A stretch of DNA of 64,000 nt from Octopus bimaculoides (GCF_001194135.2 NC_068990.1:4487765-4551764), one strand, 5' to 3'; counted from the stretch's first letter, positions 39,993 to 54,170 are shown. The notes: a model not told the origin generated them from the letters alone. Program-made: numbers and translations.

Positions 39993-40023
<31 letters not shown>

Positions 40024-40050
40024 CATTATTATTATTATTATTATTATTAC
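39680..40050 (+). mobile_element. Two tandem, internally deleted family A SINEs, each with an (ATC/ATT)n tail
   Basis: AAGCTGGCAGAATCATTAG at 39687 and GAGCTGGCAGAATCGTTA at 39892; both end AAATTTGAAATCAT + trinucleotide tail. Confidence 0.7.
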
Positions 40051-41127
40051 GTTTTGCCTTTTCTTTAATTTATACAAGCAACATCTAAGTCTCAACCAGA
40101 AACGTAAAGGGACAATAAGATTTTGCATCTAAAGATGCTAAAAGGTATGTAATAAAAAAAAAAGATATCTGAGTGTAAAAAAAAACAAAACCCCCAAAAT
40201 ATCATCACAGTTATTCTTATTGACTGAGGAGAGTTGGTAGTTGTTATCTCTACTTTCTGATTTGAAATAAACCACACTGGTATTTATTGCTTTCATCACT
40301 TCTAGATTGGTTATTTTCTATAAAATACTAGGATTAATTAATCTGACTACATTCTTTCTTATAAGTTAGCTTTGCTTTTGGCACAGCAAATTATTATTGT
40401 TGTTGTTAATCTAGTTGTCACATAACCAACTACTTCTTAAGTAAACAGGTTTCTTTTCCTGGTTTTGCATTCTGATCAAGCAGTACAGTTGTTTAAGGCA
40501 TTTTTATTTATGGTTGTCTTAGAAAAGATAGTATTATATAATTGTAGAACTAAAGTTACATTAAAGTCACCAAATAAGAAATGTCAAATGACATACACCA
40601 GATACTTTTTGGCCTGTTGCAAATGTATAGATAACATTTGGGTGCTGAAGGCTTGTGTAGTATACTTTTTCTTTAATCTTCTATTAGCTTTCAATACTTG
40701 CAAGATTCCACATGTCAAATGATAAAATAAAATGTGACAAAACTCTGGGAAAAAAATACAAAAATATCCTCAAAGCATTCGGTGAAAGTAGATAGTTACT
40801 AATTTCAGTTTGAATGAAATAGTTATTATATCTAGATGTTATTTCCCATCTTGGTTTCTTTCTATCCAATTGGTGTAGTTATTCTTTCTTCTATCTAATA
40901 ATGGTTTGGCTTCCTGTCAGTTTCTCTCCCAAATTGTGATTTGCTTGAATTTACTTGTCAATTTGAATATCCTGTTTCCTTGTAGATAGAATCCTTAGAT
41001 TCTAACAAGAATGCACACACACACACACACACGTGCACACAGAGTATATTAATGATTAAGTGTCAATTATTGCCATTAATTTATTTACAATTGAAACTAT
41101 GAAAAGAGAATTTTTGTTCTTTTAAAT

Positions 41128-41385
41128 CAGTGGTTCCCAAAGTGGGTGGTACTGCCACTTTGGGGACAGTGGAAAGACCCAGGGGCGTGTTGAAGAAAAG
41201 TGGAACAATAATGGGGTGGCTTAATTCAAGAACATTAAAAAAAATGTATTTTAACATTAATATTTGATATTATATTGTCTGTAAGCAAAGGAAACTGTTA
41301 ATAACTATTTGATATGGACCCTAAGATCTGTTGTGAAGGGTAGATGAAAAATTTATTATCAGAAGTACGATTGAGAATTGTCTAA
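41128..41385 (+). mobile_element. hAT-type MITE
   Basis: Begins CAGTGGTTCCCAAAGTG, typical of hAT/Charlie TIRs; the right end is degenerate (TTGAGAATTG). Confidence 0.45.
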
Positions 41386-41814
41386 CAGTATAAGCTGAAA
41401 TGGATTCTTAGCCATTGCTGCTGAAGCTAGATGCTTTGTAACTACAGCTCATCATGCTGAGAGTATTGTCAATGAAATTGGTATCTATTCTAACTATCCT
41501 TGATCAGGACAGTGAGAAAATTACTGAAAGGATGGACCAATTCAAGCAAATTAGCTAGTTAAGAAAATCTTTATAAGAGATGAATGCAATAACTATACTG
41601 AGAAGTAACGTTTATTGCCACTTAAACATGGCTGTTCCATAGGAACTGACGCTACTGCTATTTTTAACCTCAGGAGGACGCCTCCTCTGGCTGGTTATTT
41701 GATGCAATCTGCACCTGATATGGACCAATTCATTCACTGTTTATATTTTGAATGATATTTGGCAATCACAAGCATATGGCTGCCACAACCTAGCATGTCA
41801 GCTAAAGTAGTCTA

Positions 41815-42440
41815 GGTTTGTAGGCTGTGTTGCATGGAAAAAATAGTACAAGTCTCAGAAAAATCAACATGCATGCATTCAATTTTCTCAGGAGCATAAG
41901 GACTAGATAGTTTGTCAAAAATCTTGTGGAATGAGTAGCAATTAAATTTGTTTGGCTCTGACAGATATCTGATGACAATGGTATGGTTGTTTTTTTTTCC
42001 TTAAAATGTAAGTGGTGCCATTTCACTTTAAAACAAGAGTACAGAGATGATTTTGTGTTTACTTTTCACCATAAACTTAAGAATGATAGGAGCAATATCC
42101 TGGTTTGGGTTTGCTAATCTTCTGTAAGTCACAAGAATTTGGATCAGTTATGGACTTTTCAGCATACTAAAGGAATGATGAAGGTAGTCATCAAAAGCAA
42201 GAAAATCTGAGTGATGCAATGGCCTGCACAATCCTTGAATTTTAATCCAATATGGAAATAGATCAGCACGAATATTTAGTAAAATAAATCTGGTAAGCTG
42301 AGTGAATTGTATGATTATACGTGTAGTTAAAAAATGGTAAGAAATTCCAGATTATGTGATCATCAAACATAGATGCAATGCTTTCTGGATGTGGTCCTGT
42401 TATGAGAAATATCAAATACCTGACTGAGAACTAGTGTCAT
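41815..42440 (+). pseudogene. Tc1-family transposase remnant
   Basis: GCVAWKK..SQKNQHACIQFSQEHKD*IVLSKILWNE*QLNLFGSD, NILVWVC, WTFQH, VMQWPAQSLNFNPI, KW*EIP. Confidence 0.75.
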
Positions 42441-42984
42441 GATTTTACTATTCTTGATCTTTAATGAACACTTCTCATCTTTATGAAAAAAATAATGAAT
42501 TTTAATGTTTTAAATAATGTGATTTTCATTTTCATGCTTCATTGATACTGTCAATAATTGCATTAGGTTGTTTTAAAATTCTAGTGTTTAAAAATATATC
42601 AATTAAAAGAGTCAAAATTTCTCTTTCTATCCATATATAGCATGAATTATAAGTGATATAATACCTGAAATAATGGTTAATTTTTAGTTCACTTTTAGTC
42701 TTTGATCTTATTGACTCCAGTATTATATATATGTTTATATATATAAACTTATTTGGAAAAGGATGCATGGCATTCAATCATATAATAATATAAATAAAGA
42801 GTGTATATACATATGCATATATACATACATATGTGTATGTACATATATGTACATACATACATACATATATATGTATAAATACATACAGTGTATATAGTCT
42901 ATTGACTAGTTTTTTTCTTCTCACTAGATCACAGGTAGCAAAAAGAATTTCTAAATTTTTTTGCTACCCTGAAATTTATTAATA

Positions 42985-43059
<75 letters not shown>

Positions 43060-43069
43060 NNNNNNNNNN

Positions 43070-43120
<51 letters not shown>

Positions 43121-43125
43121 TATAT

Positions 43126-43490
43126 GGGTACAGGATGTCACAAAACGTAAATAACATGAAATACGAAGATAAACTTGGGTATGCGAACAACGAGAGAAAC
43201 AAATGGAAAACAAGACAAGTAACGTAAAGAACGACCCTTCATCAGTCGTCGGCTGTCCACCTACTCCTCATTTTAAGCAATTAACGACAATATGAGGCTT
43301 TGAAAGGCAGTTACTCTCACGAACCAAAATAATAATTTGGGATTTGCAGAGGGTCAAAGTTGGTAATAAATACAGAACAGTGGAGACATACAACAAACCA
43401 AACGAAAACAATCGTGGAGGACCGTTAGGCCAGACGAGGTAAAGTAGTGAACAGTGGAGGAATATTGTCTTTGATAGATGCCCTGTATCC
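43126..43490 (+). repeat. Unclassified microsatellite-flanked repeat, family E (CpG-rich, relatively young)
   Basis: Starts GGGTACAGGATGTCAC right after (TA)n and ends GCCCTGTATCC before (TA/CA)n. Confidence 0.65.
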
Positions 43491-43497
43491 ATATATG

Positions 43498-43557
<60 letters not shown>

Positions 43558-44742
43558 TATGTGTGTACATATATATATGTATATATACATATATATGTAT
43601 GTATACACACACATGCATAATTGTCCTTTGGCATACCTGCTAGTTAAGGTTCTGCAAGTCATTGTATTTAGTGAAAATGTGTAAAAGAAGGGAGTTACAA
43701 TTTCTATTGATCTTATCCATTAAAATAACAGCAAAATTTGAACAATTATTTATTGACAAGTGATAAAAATATATGATTGTAATACATACTTACATCCATC
43801 CATCCATACATACCTACATCCATCCATCCATCCATACATACATACATACATACATATACATACATATGTACATAATATATATGTATACATACATATATAT
43901 ACAAATTTATACACACACACACATAATACATACATGTACACACACATGTGTGTGTATGCATGTATTCATGTTCCTGCTGACATCAGTGTAAGAAGCATTT
44001 TGCTGTTCACGTTGTGTCACTGTGTCCCCTAACAAATGACTTGACAAAAAGAAATCGATTAAATGAGTACAAGCCTGGAATAAGTAATGTAGTTGATATC
44101 ATTGGCTTAAACCATTCATAACTAATGTAGGCAAAATAGTCTTCCAGCATGCATTTATGTACGATGTGTGTTTTGATCTTATTGTGAGATCCTATATTAG
44201 CACTCATATTTCCTTTGATTCCTTTAGTGGTTCCAGTAATTGTTTTGCAGTTTTTACCAAACCTTTTCCACTTTGAAGTGAATTTAATATTGTAATTTCC
44301 ATTTTTTTTTTTCTATCAGAAACTATTATTCAATCTTGAAAATATTTAACAAAATATAAGAAAATAACTGACAGGTGCTACTCTAGCACATAGTCTAGCT
44401 CACTCTCAGTCAATTAAAATGGAAGTAAAATGAAAGGAAAATGGAAAACCAAAATGGAAATGCATGGTATTTAGCTGATGTACGTAAACAAAAAGAAGAA
44501 AAAGCCCAAAGTAAAAAAGCAAAACTGTGCAAACTGAGGGACAGTTGTGTGTGAACATGTGTGGTATGTGTAAGTATGTGCATATATATATAAATGTGTG
44601 TGTGTTATGTATGTATATATATACATATATATATTTTGATATCTTGCTTCGGTATAGCAAGACTAATAACCTGGTATAGAACTCAATATACATATGGTCC
44701 AAAACACAATGTATATACACACACACATATATGCATACATAC

Positions 44743-44787
<45 letters not shown>

Positions 44788-44797
44788 NNNNNNNNNN

Positions 44798-44847
<50 letters not shown>

Positions 44848-44990
44848 GAGTGGTAAAAGGAACAAAAAGGGACTCAACTAACAGTTAACAATATCTTATA
44901 GCAGAAATAACTGTAAGCTAATGAAGTTCGTTACATAACTTTTGTTTTTTCTGGTATCATTCTTTTGTTCTTATTACCACTTTATGCTCA

Positions 44991-45073
<83 letters not shown>

Positions 45074-45079
45074 TTTTTT

Positions 45080-45469
45080 ATTTTTACTTGTTTCAGTCAT
45101 TTGGCTGTGGTTTTGTTGGGGGCATTGCTTTGAAGGGTCTTCATTCAACCCCATGACTTTTTTTAAGCCTATAACTTATTCTATCAGCAAATTTATTGAA
45201 CTGCTAAGTTACAGGGATGTAAACACACCAACACTAGTTGTCAAGCAGTGGTGAGGGGACAAACACAGACACAAACACACACACCCTCACACACGTATAT
45301 GACAGGCTTCTTTCAGTTTCTGTCAACCTATTCCACTGACAAGGCTTTGGTTGACTCAAAACTATAGTAGAAGGCACTTGCCCAAGGTGCCATGCTGAAC
45401 CTGGCACCATGTGGTTTGGAAGCAAGCCTCTTACCACAAAGCTTCTTACCACACAACCACATTTGTGCC

Positions 45470-45470
<1 letters not shown>
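45080..45470 (-). mobile_element. tRNA-derived SINE, family B
   Basis: TTTTACTTGTTTCAGTCATT...GAAGGCACTTGCCCAAGGTGCC...CTTACCACACAACCAC; the reverse complement gives an A-box-like GTGGTTGTGTGGTAAGAAG. Confidence 0.75.
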
Positions 45471-45510
<40 letters not shown>

Positions 45511-45543
45511 ATGCACATATGTGTGTGTGTGTATGTAGATATG

Positions 45544-45585
<42 letters not shown>

Positions 45586-46808
45586 GGGAGAGAGAATAAG
45601 AATTGTCAAAATGGCATATAATTGTCACAGACATTTAGTGCTCAGGCAAGACTAGATGCATAGGATCTAATGATAAATGAAGAGAAACGGAATCCAGACA
45701 AACATGAGTTAGCAATATATTTTGATGCCATTAACGACTGTCTATCCATTTTTTATGTTTAATCTATATGAATTAAATCAAATAATGCTTTAACTATAAG
45801 TAAAACTATTCTCTTCTTACTTGTATTAAAGAAAATGATGTCTGCTAACCATGCTGTTGAAAAAAAGCCGATTGAGTTATATGAAATATCTATTAAGAGT
45901 TTCCCTAACATTGGCATGTCTTTTAAATCTGGGGAAATTTACTGAAATATTTTTATGTTCTGTTTTGTCATTTCCTTATCCATGGTGCTATCACTGCTGC
46001 CATCTACATTGTCATTGTCATCATCAGGCAGGATGATGAAATGGCAGAAACAACAATCATTGGATTAATTGCCTTGTAATACTTGGTTTCCTTCCTCTAT
46101 ATCCTGAATTCAAATTAATGAGAATAAAAATAGTTTTTACAATTGTTCTTAGATAATCATATCTGACTGTAGCCACCTATGACCTTCAGCATATGTTCAA
46201 CTACGATCACCATCTACAACAGTACCAATTTCACTTTGGCACAATTGTTTTGACAATTTCATTAATTTCGGCTGGACATTTCATACTACCTACAGTTAAC
46301 CAATTTAACAGGCAGTAGTCAAGGACCTAGCACACACTGTTGAACACATACTCTCAAAATCAAGAGACCAGAAGTCAACCACATAATTACCGCCAAACGT
46401 TTGTAATATACCCGACTACAAGAAAACTCTGAATAGGAAACATCCAAGATGTAATTCTCAAGAAGAATACTCTATTAAAAAAGTCACTTGAAAGGTATAT
46501 TAGATGAAAACCATGCCTTTTTTTGATGGAAATAATGTGTTTACAAGACCAATCTAAATCAATAATCAATCACAGAATGGGGATATGGCGTGTTAGCCAA
46601 ATCCTTACATTGGGAGAACAAATCCATATGATTTACTCTACCAAACCACATATAAGATTAATGAGCTTGTGTTTAGCCACAAATCATCAAGGAATTTATT
46701 GTTTAGCTTAGTCGTATTAGTCAGCCATTACCATGAATATTACAGCTAGAAGAATGAAGAAAACAGCCTCATTGTGATCTACTGTTTCGAAATGTTTTAG
46801 CTGCCTAA

Positions 46809-47030
46809 TTAAGTTAATTTAATCCTCTGTCAAATATAGCGCGTATTTATTTACACTGTTTTTGACTAATCATGCATTTACCTCATAGTTTCGAAATTTT
46901 GATGATGAGATTGTTTATTTTTGGAATGACATTGTCAGATAGGTGTAAGAGGCCAGATCCAACCAGTTTGAACATAAAATAGGTAGAATATTTGTGCTGG
47001 ATATGGTTGGTTATAATGCTAAAAGACTAA
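46809..47030 (-). mobile_element. TTAA-type (piggyBac-like) MITE, diverged copy
   Basis: Reverse-complement homologue of 54746-54970 (TGTTCAAACTGG..GATC..GCCTCTTACAC...TTTGACAGAG). Confidence 0.65.
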
Positions 47031-47284
47031 CAAGCGAAAAGAAGAAAACAGTGAAGTAATGTTAGTAATATTGGTACAACCACTTGGAGTTGTTTGAAAG
47101 TTATACTGAGGAAGATATTTCAAAATATGAAGATTTCTTAGGCATTTTGATCATATCATCTAAACCTGTTAATTAGTATGGCAAAATTTACAAGTCATAA
47201 TCTTTTAGAATAAGTAATCATATGATTTCAATATGATTCATAATAATATACCTTGACTGAACATGCAAAATAGAAAACCAGTTT

Positions 47285-47835
47285 CAGCATGATCTTTGAA
47301 CTTTGGGCTTCACAGAGGCAATGGTTTGTGACTGAGACTTTTGGCAATATGCTGTGCCTGGGGAGATTGGTCAGGTCAAGTGAAATCATAATCACGGCCG
47401 ATGCTGGCATCACGTAACTGGCACTCATGCCGGTGGAATGTAAAAAGCATCTTTCGAGTGTTGGGCCTCAAGGAGGCAAAGTGGCTGATGCTGGCGGCAG
47501 GTGAAAAGCTCCTTTCAAGTGTTGGGCCTTATGGAGGCAATGACAAATGACCAAGACCTTTGGCATTATGTCATGCTTGAGAAGAAGACCCATCAAACTG
47601 AGCAAAATCACAGTCAAGGCAGATACTGGTGTCATGCAAATGGCTCCCATACTGGTGGCATGTAAAAATACCCATTATACTCTCAGAGTGGTTGGTGTTA
47701 GAAAGGGCACCCAGCTGTAGAATCCATGCCAAATCAGAGTGGAGTCTGGTGCAGCCTTCCAGCTTGCCGACCCTGGTTAAACCATCCAGTCCATGTCAAC
47801 ATGGACAACTGATGTTAAATGATGACGATGATGAT
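47285..47835 (+). mobile_element. RTE LINE extreme C-terminus plus 3' UTR with duplicated units and (GAT)n tail
   Basis: TTGGGCTTCACAGAGGCAATG...GACTTTTGGCAATATGCTGTGC matches 16370-16430; ends GATGTTAAATGATGACGATGATGAT. Confidence 0.7.
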
Positions 47836-48625
47836 TGTCAAATGTTAAGGTGATTGCAACTGAATGTTACTATGAATCTGTGATATTTATAATTCTACTA
47901 GCTGGCACCATGCAATCAAAAATGACGGCTAATTGTAGTATTTTATATATAAATAAGGTATAAAAAAAGGTACATAATAATCACGGATACAAACATTCAC
48001 ATACTTCCTTTGTACATGCACACACATATACTCAGAGTGGAAATGCTGTTTGATTTTTCTTTTCAGTGTTGAATGTTCACCATCCCATTTCCATTGCACA
48101 CACACACACACACAAACATTCACATACCTCCCTTTTACATACACACACATATACTCACACAGAGTTGAAATGCTAATTTTTTCGCCTCCTCCTTCATTAT
48201 TCATCTATCACTCCTTTTTTCCTCATTCCTATGTTGTGATGGAGAAAAACAGAAGATACATGACGTGCCCTTTGCCACTTCCTTTCTCTCATTGTTATTG
48301 CTTTCTCTCACTACTTCTCCTTCTCTGAATTACTATTTTCTCTCCTCTGCCTTCACTTATACTACTATTTCTCCTACTCCGTGATTTTGGTCATATNNNN
48401 NNNNNNNNNNNNNNNNNNNNNNNNNNNNNNNNNNNNNNNNNNNNNNNNNNNNNNNNNNNNNNNNNNNNNNNNNNNNNNNNNNNNNNNNNNNNNNNNNNNN
48501 NNNNNNNNNNNNNNNNNNNNNNNNNNNNNNNNNNNNNNNNNNNNNNNNNNNNNNNNNNNNNNNNNNNNNNNNNNNNNNNNNNNNNNNNNNNNNNNNNNNN
48601 NNNNNNNNNNNNNNNNNNNNNNNNN

Positions 48626-48656
<31 letters not shown>

Positions 48657-48984
48657 AATATATAAAAGCACTATGCTTATTATTACATTAGGAGATCATT
48701 TATACAATTATCTGCTTTTTAAGAAAAAAGAAACCAAATGAATATAAAGCAGTAAAGTAATATTATTAGTGATTTGTGATGTTAAAAAGGATAACCATTG
48801 ATAAATTAGTTTGAATTTATCTATCATATATTTTGTTCTCTTTGCTTCCTGTAGTTAGTTTTAGCTATGAAGTCAAAGTTATTGAATAGATCAAATCTTC
48901 TCAGACCTGAGTCTCTCTGTCTAACTTTATTCTCCATATGGGCTCTGGAGCAAAAAAATTAGTAGTTTTGTATACAGCTCAAGA

Positions 48985-49598
48985 GTAATGACTGCTAATG
49001 GGCAGAATAAAACTAATAAGCAGAATGGAAAACTAATGGGCAGAATAAAAAAAAAAAAATTCAGGGGAATAACAATAATAGATTTACCTCTTGACTACTG
49101 TATTTGTAAGGCAAACAGACAGAATTACAAAAAAATTCAGGAGAAAAACAATAATAGGCCTATCACTTGACTACCATATTTTTTCACCCAAATCCTCATC
49201 ACTTTCACCAGTTTGATTGTCTGAATCACTCTCATTGTCTGCACAAGAGTAAACTTGTCATCCAAAGAATAAATATCCCCAATAATTTTCTCATCTGCAA
49301 AGAGTTTAGGCCTTGCTCATTTACCAGATGAAATATTGGGCTCATCACATGCTTGTTTCATCACAGAAAACCCATTTGTTTTTCAATTAAAAACGAAAGT
49401 AAACATCAATATGACACTCCATTAATAATGAGTTATAAACACACTTGCCTACAAAGCTACAATATGATCGTTTATCTATTTTTAGTATTTTATCTTCATT
49501 TTCTACATGTGTTGTTCCTTACTACATTAACGGAAATCCGGTAGAGAATACATTTAGGCTATTCTCACTATACTGAGAACACAGCACAATAGGGTTAA
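48985..49598 (-). mobile_element. piggyBac-like element, left end and acidic transposase N-terminus
   Basis: Terminus GGG|TTAA at 49592-49598; subterminal dyad TTCTCA-CTATAC-TGAGAA; minus translation ARPKLFADEKIIGDIYSLDDKF and CADNESDSDNQTGESDEDL; internal short direct repeats. Confidence 0.5.
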
Positions 49599-49959
49599 GA
49601 TATTTACCTGAACAATGATGACATGATGTCAATGATAATAATAGTAGCTTTAGTAAGTTTTAATTTTCTCTCCAAATATAAAGGTAGCTGATTATATTCT
49701 CTGTTAGTTCTTTCTGTATGCTTCTTTATGAGGCTCCTTTATCAATTTTATATCTATGCATTTTTATTTCCTTGGCAACTGGATTTGCATCTGTGAATAA
49801 CTCATGACAGCTTTGTATTCAGCCATGAAGTTAGCATGCTTTTACTTCATATTCTTGTTATGTATTCAGGGAAATATTGATACACCATTCTTAGCAAGAA
49901 CTTTATATTATATCAAATTGTTTGCAATCATGAATTAACATCATATTAAAATAATCCAT

Positions 49960-50360
49960 TTTCCTCCACAATCGAGGAAAATTTTGCTGCAATTTAATAT
50001 AGACAATGGATGTAAATTTTATCAGGCATGTTTGCTAAAGGATTAGCATGGGTAAAAAAGTCACATAGTCATGAACCATTTGATGCATCTTTGAGGTCAT
50101 ATGATAGTGGTGATATCTGTGATCTTATGGGTTTATTTATATTAAACACATTGAGATATAGATACTCAGCTCATGATATTGGCCTATACTGTAATGACGG
50201 TTTAGGTATTTCCTATGGGTGTAATGGTCACGCCCTTGATAGATTTAGGAAGGAACTAATTGATCCAATTCAATTAGGACATAAAATCCCAGTAACTACT
50301 AATCTCTGTATAGTTGATTATTTAGATGTTTCCCTAGATTTAAACTCCTCCTCAATGTGA
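49960..50360 (+). pseudogene. Penelope-like retroelement RT fragment, second lineage
   Basis: ORF 50028-50360: WVKK..FDASLRSYDSGDICDLMGLFIL..IGLYCNDGL..TTNLCIVDYLDVSLDL, cf. FDVTMGSYDGAEICELVG..GLYRDDGL..VDFLDVTL. The catalytic YRDD has decayed to YCND. Confidence 0.8.
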
Positions 50361-50754
50361 AGTGCAGCCTTTTTTAGACTTGCAACCATTACATCTCATG
50401 ACAGTTCAAAGGCCATGTATTTGCACTCCAAGAGGAAGGAATTGCTACAAATTAACTAATAAACAAAAGAGACAACAAAACCCTTGGTGTGCAACTGAAA
50501 ATGTTGATTATGCCACATTTCTGTGAAAGACATAAGATGTTATCAGTAGCTTCTTCAAAATGTCATAAGCATTCACTACCTCCCAATGCAACATGACAAT
50601 GCCTCCCAAAAAAAAAAGAAAAAGTAAGAAAATGACAGTCCTGGGATAAATACAGAGTACCTGTATTATTGAATACGTACATGATAGCCTGGAAAAAATG
50701 TTAAATGATGATATTGATGATGATGATGAGGATACATAAATATCAACATAAGGC

Positions 50755-51090
50755 ACAGGCATGACTGTGTGGTAAGAAGTTATAGCCATGGGCTAACAGA
50801 GCCTTATGAGTGGATTTGGTAGATGGAAACTAAAAGAAGCCCATCGTATATACATTTGTATATATATTTGTGTGTCTGTGTTTTTTCCCCCACCATCGTT
50901 TGACAACCAATGTTGGTGAGTTTATCTCTCCGTAACTTAGCAGTTTGGCAAAAGAAATTGATAGAATAAGTACCAGGCTATAAAAAAATAAAAGTACTGG
51001 GGTCGATACATTCGACTAGAAATTCTTCAATGTGGTGCCCCAGCATGGCTGTAGTCTGATGACTGAAACAATTAAATGGTAAAAGATAAG
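50755..51090 (+). mobile_element. tRNA-derived SINE, family B (internal deletion after head)
   Basis: Head ATGACTGTGTGGTAAGAAG; 3' part CCCCAGCATGGCTGTAGTCTGATGACTGAAAC. Confidence 0.7.
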
Positions 51091-53249
51091 AAATATTGCT
51101 GGAACATTCCCATCGACACTTATACCTGGATGACAACCTGGATATAGTTGTTTGGGAAAGGTAATATAATGTATGTACCATCATAAAAGTCAACTGCCCT
51201 GCTAATGTGAAGATGTCTTTGAAAATAAAAAAAAATAAAGATAGCCATAGATAACTGCTTCAAAGCTGCCATAATCTATACTTAGGTTATAAATTCACAA
51301 ATAATAATTGGTGCACTTGCTTTTATTACTAAATGTGTTAGTTACAACTTGAGAGAGCTAAGGTCTCCAAAACAGTTAGGGTTTTCAGAAAACCAGCCAA
51401 TATGCACCTTACAAATACAGTCTGTAAGTGGAACAGTCAAAAGATGCAAGACTTTTTCTCAAGTTAAAAATATGACATTGATTTTGTTATCTAGATTGCA
51501 ACAATGGAGCTTTGTGTCTCCATTAGAAACCAGCGCCTTCCTTTTAGGAAGACTTCAAACGATTAATTAACACAGAAGAGAGCATACACGCATGCATACA
51601 CAAGCATACATATATACTTCCATACATACATTACATATGCACCTTATATAAACATCAATGGCCATCCTACAATAAGACCAATGGCACATCAACTTAGTCA
51701 TTCCATATTAGAAATTTAAAAAAGAAACATGTTTCAAGCTTTCTGCTTAGGGTCCTTTTAATAAAAAGAAACATTAAATAAACAACAAAATGAAGGACAA
51801 ATGCTTCTGGAATCTGACATCATATTTTTGTTATTGTTATGTCATTTGGAATGAAAGCTATTAATAGATTGATGTTTATAAGGTCAAAAGTAAACTGACA
51901 ATATGAATTCTGAACTTAGTTTGCCAGATTGAAATAAATATATAGAATTCTGTCAAAGTGAGATAATGGAATTTGAAGTTGTATAATAGTAAAACTGAAT
52001 ATTTATATTTGCGTCATTAGATTTGATTTTTCTATTTAGAGCAATAACATTCAAATACAAAGAAAACAAACAACAGATAGATAGGATCAGAGAGGGAAAA
52101 GGTGACAAAAGTTGAGAGAAAGAAAAAGAGCAAGAGGGAGAGAATGAAACGAATTTTTTTTATTTCTTATAATCAAAACATCTGTAGAATGTGTGTAAAA
52201 ACACATAGAATTTATTCCATGAAATGAACTTCCACCAGGAAATTAACTACTACTGTAAAATATCTGCAATCTACACATTGTAACATTAATTGCATTACAT
52301 GGATTGCAATAAACATAAAACTTTGTTGTAAAATCTCATACTCATAAGAATTAATTTAGTAACCAGCTTATTCAATGAATTAACAAACCTTTCTTTAAAA
52401 TGCAAAAATTCATTAGAATCCTTGTCAAGTAAAGAGCAATAAAACCATGGGAGAAATACTTGGTCAAAACCAAATGACTAAAGTTTATATTCACTAACTT
52501 TCAGATAACATATAACAACATGTTTGAATATTAAATTTTTCTGGCAATAAATTAATTTAAAAAAAAAATAGCTTGTAAGAAGTATGTGCTGTTTGAAAAT
52601 GTTAACTGTGACAGGTATGATATTAAGTTTATTGAGATATTAAGGTAAATAAAAACAAATAAAAGTGCTGACTTGCTATCTCATTCAGAAATTTGCTCTA
52701 CAGCCATGTTGTTCATGGTACTTTGGGCAAGTAGCAAGTATCTTTCTACTATAGTCTTAGGTTGACAAGTGTTTTGGGAATGGAAATAGATGGGAAAACT
52801 ATGAGGAGCCCTCTGTGTGTATGCATTTTTTGTGAGTGTGTGTGTGTGCATATATATATATGATTCATTCATTTTTATGTCTATTTTTCCAGGCTAGCAT
52901 GGGTTAGACAAATATATTTATTGAAGCATTGCTTTACAGCTCAATGCCTTTCCTGTTGCTAACCCTTGTCTCCTTTCTACATAGAGAATGTTGTATTCTG
53001 CACATTAGTGAAAGTGCAATGCTAGCAGACAAACTTTTAAGAGGGAATAATGATGACAATTTCCCACCCTAAGTAATTTTCAAGGGACCATAAATGTGAA
53101 CATGATGTTGACAAAACACATTTACACATATGTACATGCATGCACATACAATGGACTTCCTTTAGTTTCTGTCAATCAAATGCATTCAGAAGGCTTTGGT
53201 CAACCCAGGGTTATAATAAAAGAGATTTGTCCAAAGTGTGTATAAGAAT

Positions 53250-53620
53250 ATCATCATCATCATCATCATTTAACATCCGCTTTCCATGCTGGCACATGTC
53301 AGACAGTTTGACTGAGGGCTGGTGAGCCAGAAGGCTGGCGAGCCAGAAGGCTGCACCAGTCTCCAGTCTGATTCGGCAAAGTTTCTACAGCTGGATGCCC
53401 TTCCTAACGCCAACCACTCCGAAAGTGTAGTGGGTGCTTTTATATGCCACTGGCATGAGGGCCAGTCAGGCGGTACTGGCATCAGCCATGCTCAAATGGT
53501 GCTTTTTACATGCCACCTGCATAGGAGCCAGTCCAGTGGCACTGGCAATGATCATGCTTGAATGCTGCTTTAACCTTCCACTGGCATGGGTGCCAATCAG
53601 GCGGTACTGTCATCAGCCAC
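53250..53620 (-). mobile_element. RTE LINE 3' UTR with three tandem units and tail (reverse orientation)
   Basis: (ATC)n followed by TTTAACATCCGCTTTCCATGC...TTTCTACAGCTGGATGCCCTTCCTAAC. Confidence 0.75.
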
Positions 53621-53630
53621 AACAGTAATG

Positions 53631-53669
<39 letters not shown>

Positions 53670-53969
53670 GTATACTTTCATGTGTGTGTGTGCATGCGTG
53701 TTTTGTTTACATTTGCAGTTCCCTGAAAATTCTGTGTAAAACACACACACACAAATTGCCAATGTATATTGACAAAATATATATTGTTGGAAAACCAATA
53801 ACCTGGTGCTTCTGAATGAAATTCTCCATGATATTTGTGTTCTATTTGAGTTGCATAGGCAACACCTTACTGTACTTAACTATTGGAAACTTATTACTAA
53901 TGATGCTACTATTCCCTAAACACTGTACATATAAATTGATGTTCACTCTCTTCACAAATTCCATTCAAT

Positions 53970-54170
53970 ACCGTTTAGACTAGGATCAGCCCTGATCCAG
54001 CAAATCTATGATCACAGCTATTTCAGCCATGACCATCCTGACTTACATTAGAGACTACATTATCAAATATTTCCTTCAGCTTTTACCTTTTAATTTTTCT
54101 TTTCCTTTGTAAGAATGGCAAGGTATGCTTTTAGAATCATTTGGCTGCAATTTCTAGCAACTCAACTCAA
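53970..54170 (+). repeat. Unclassified dispersed repeat, family D
   Basis: GACTAGGATCAGCCCTGATCCAGCAAATCTATGATC...CCATGACCATCC...TTTGGCTGCAATTTCTAGC. Confidence 0.5.

Noticed and set aside
46130-46760. Possible retroelement coding relic (TVEHILS, TYKINE, GIYCL)
   Set aside because: The motifs are too short and not convincingly collinear to name a family.
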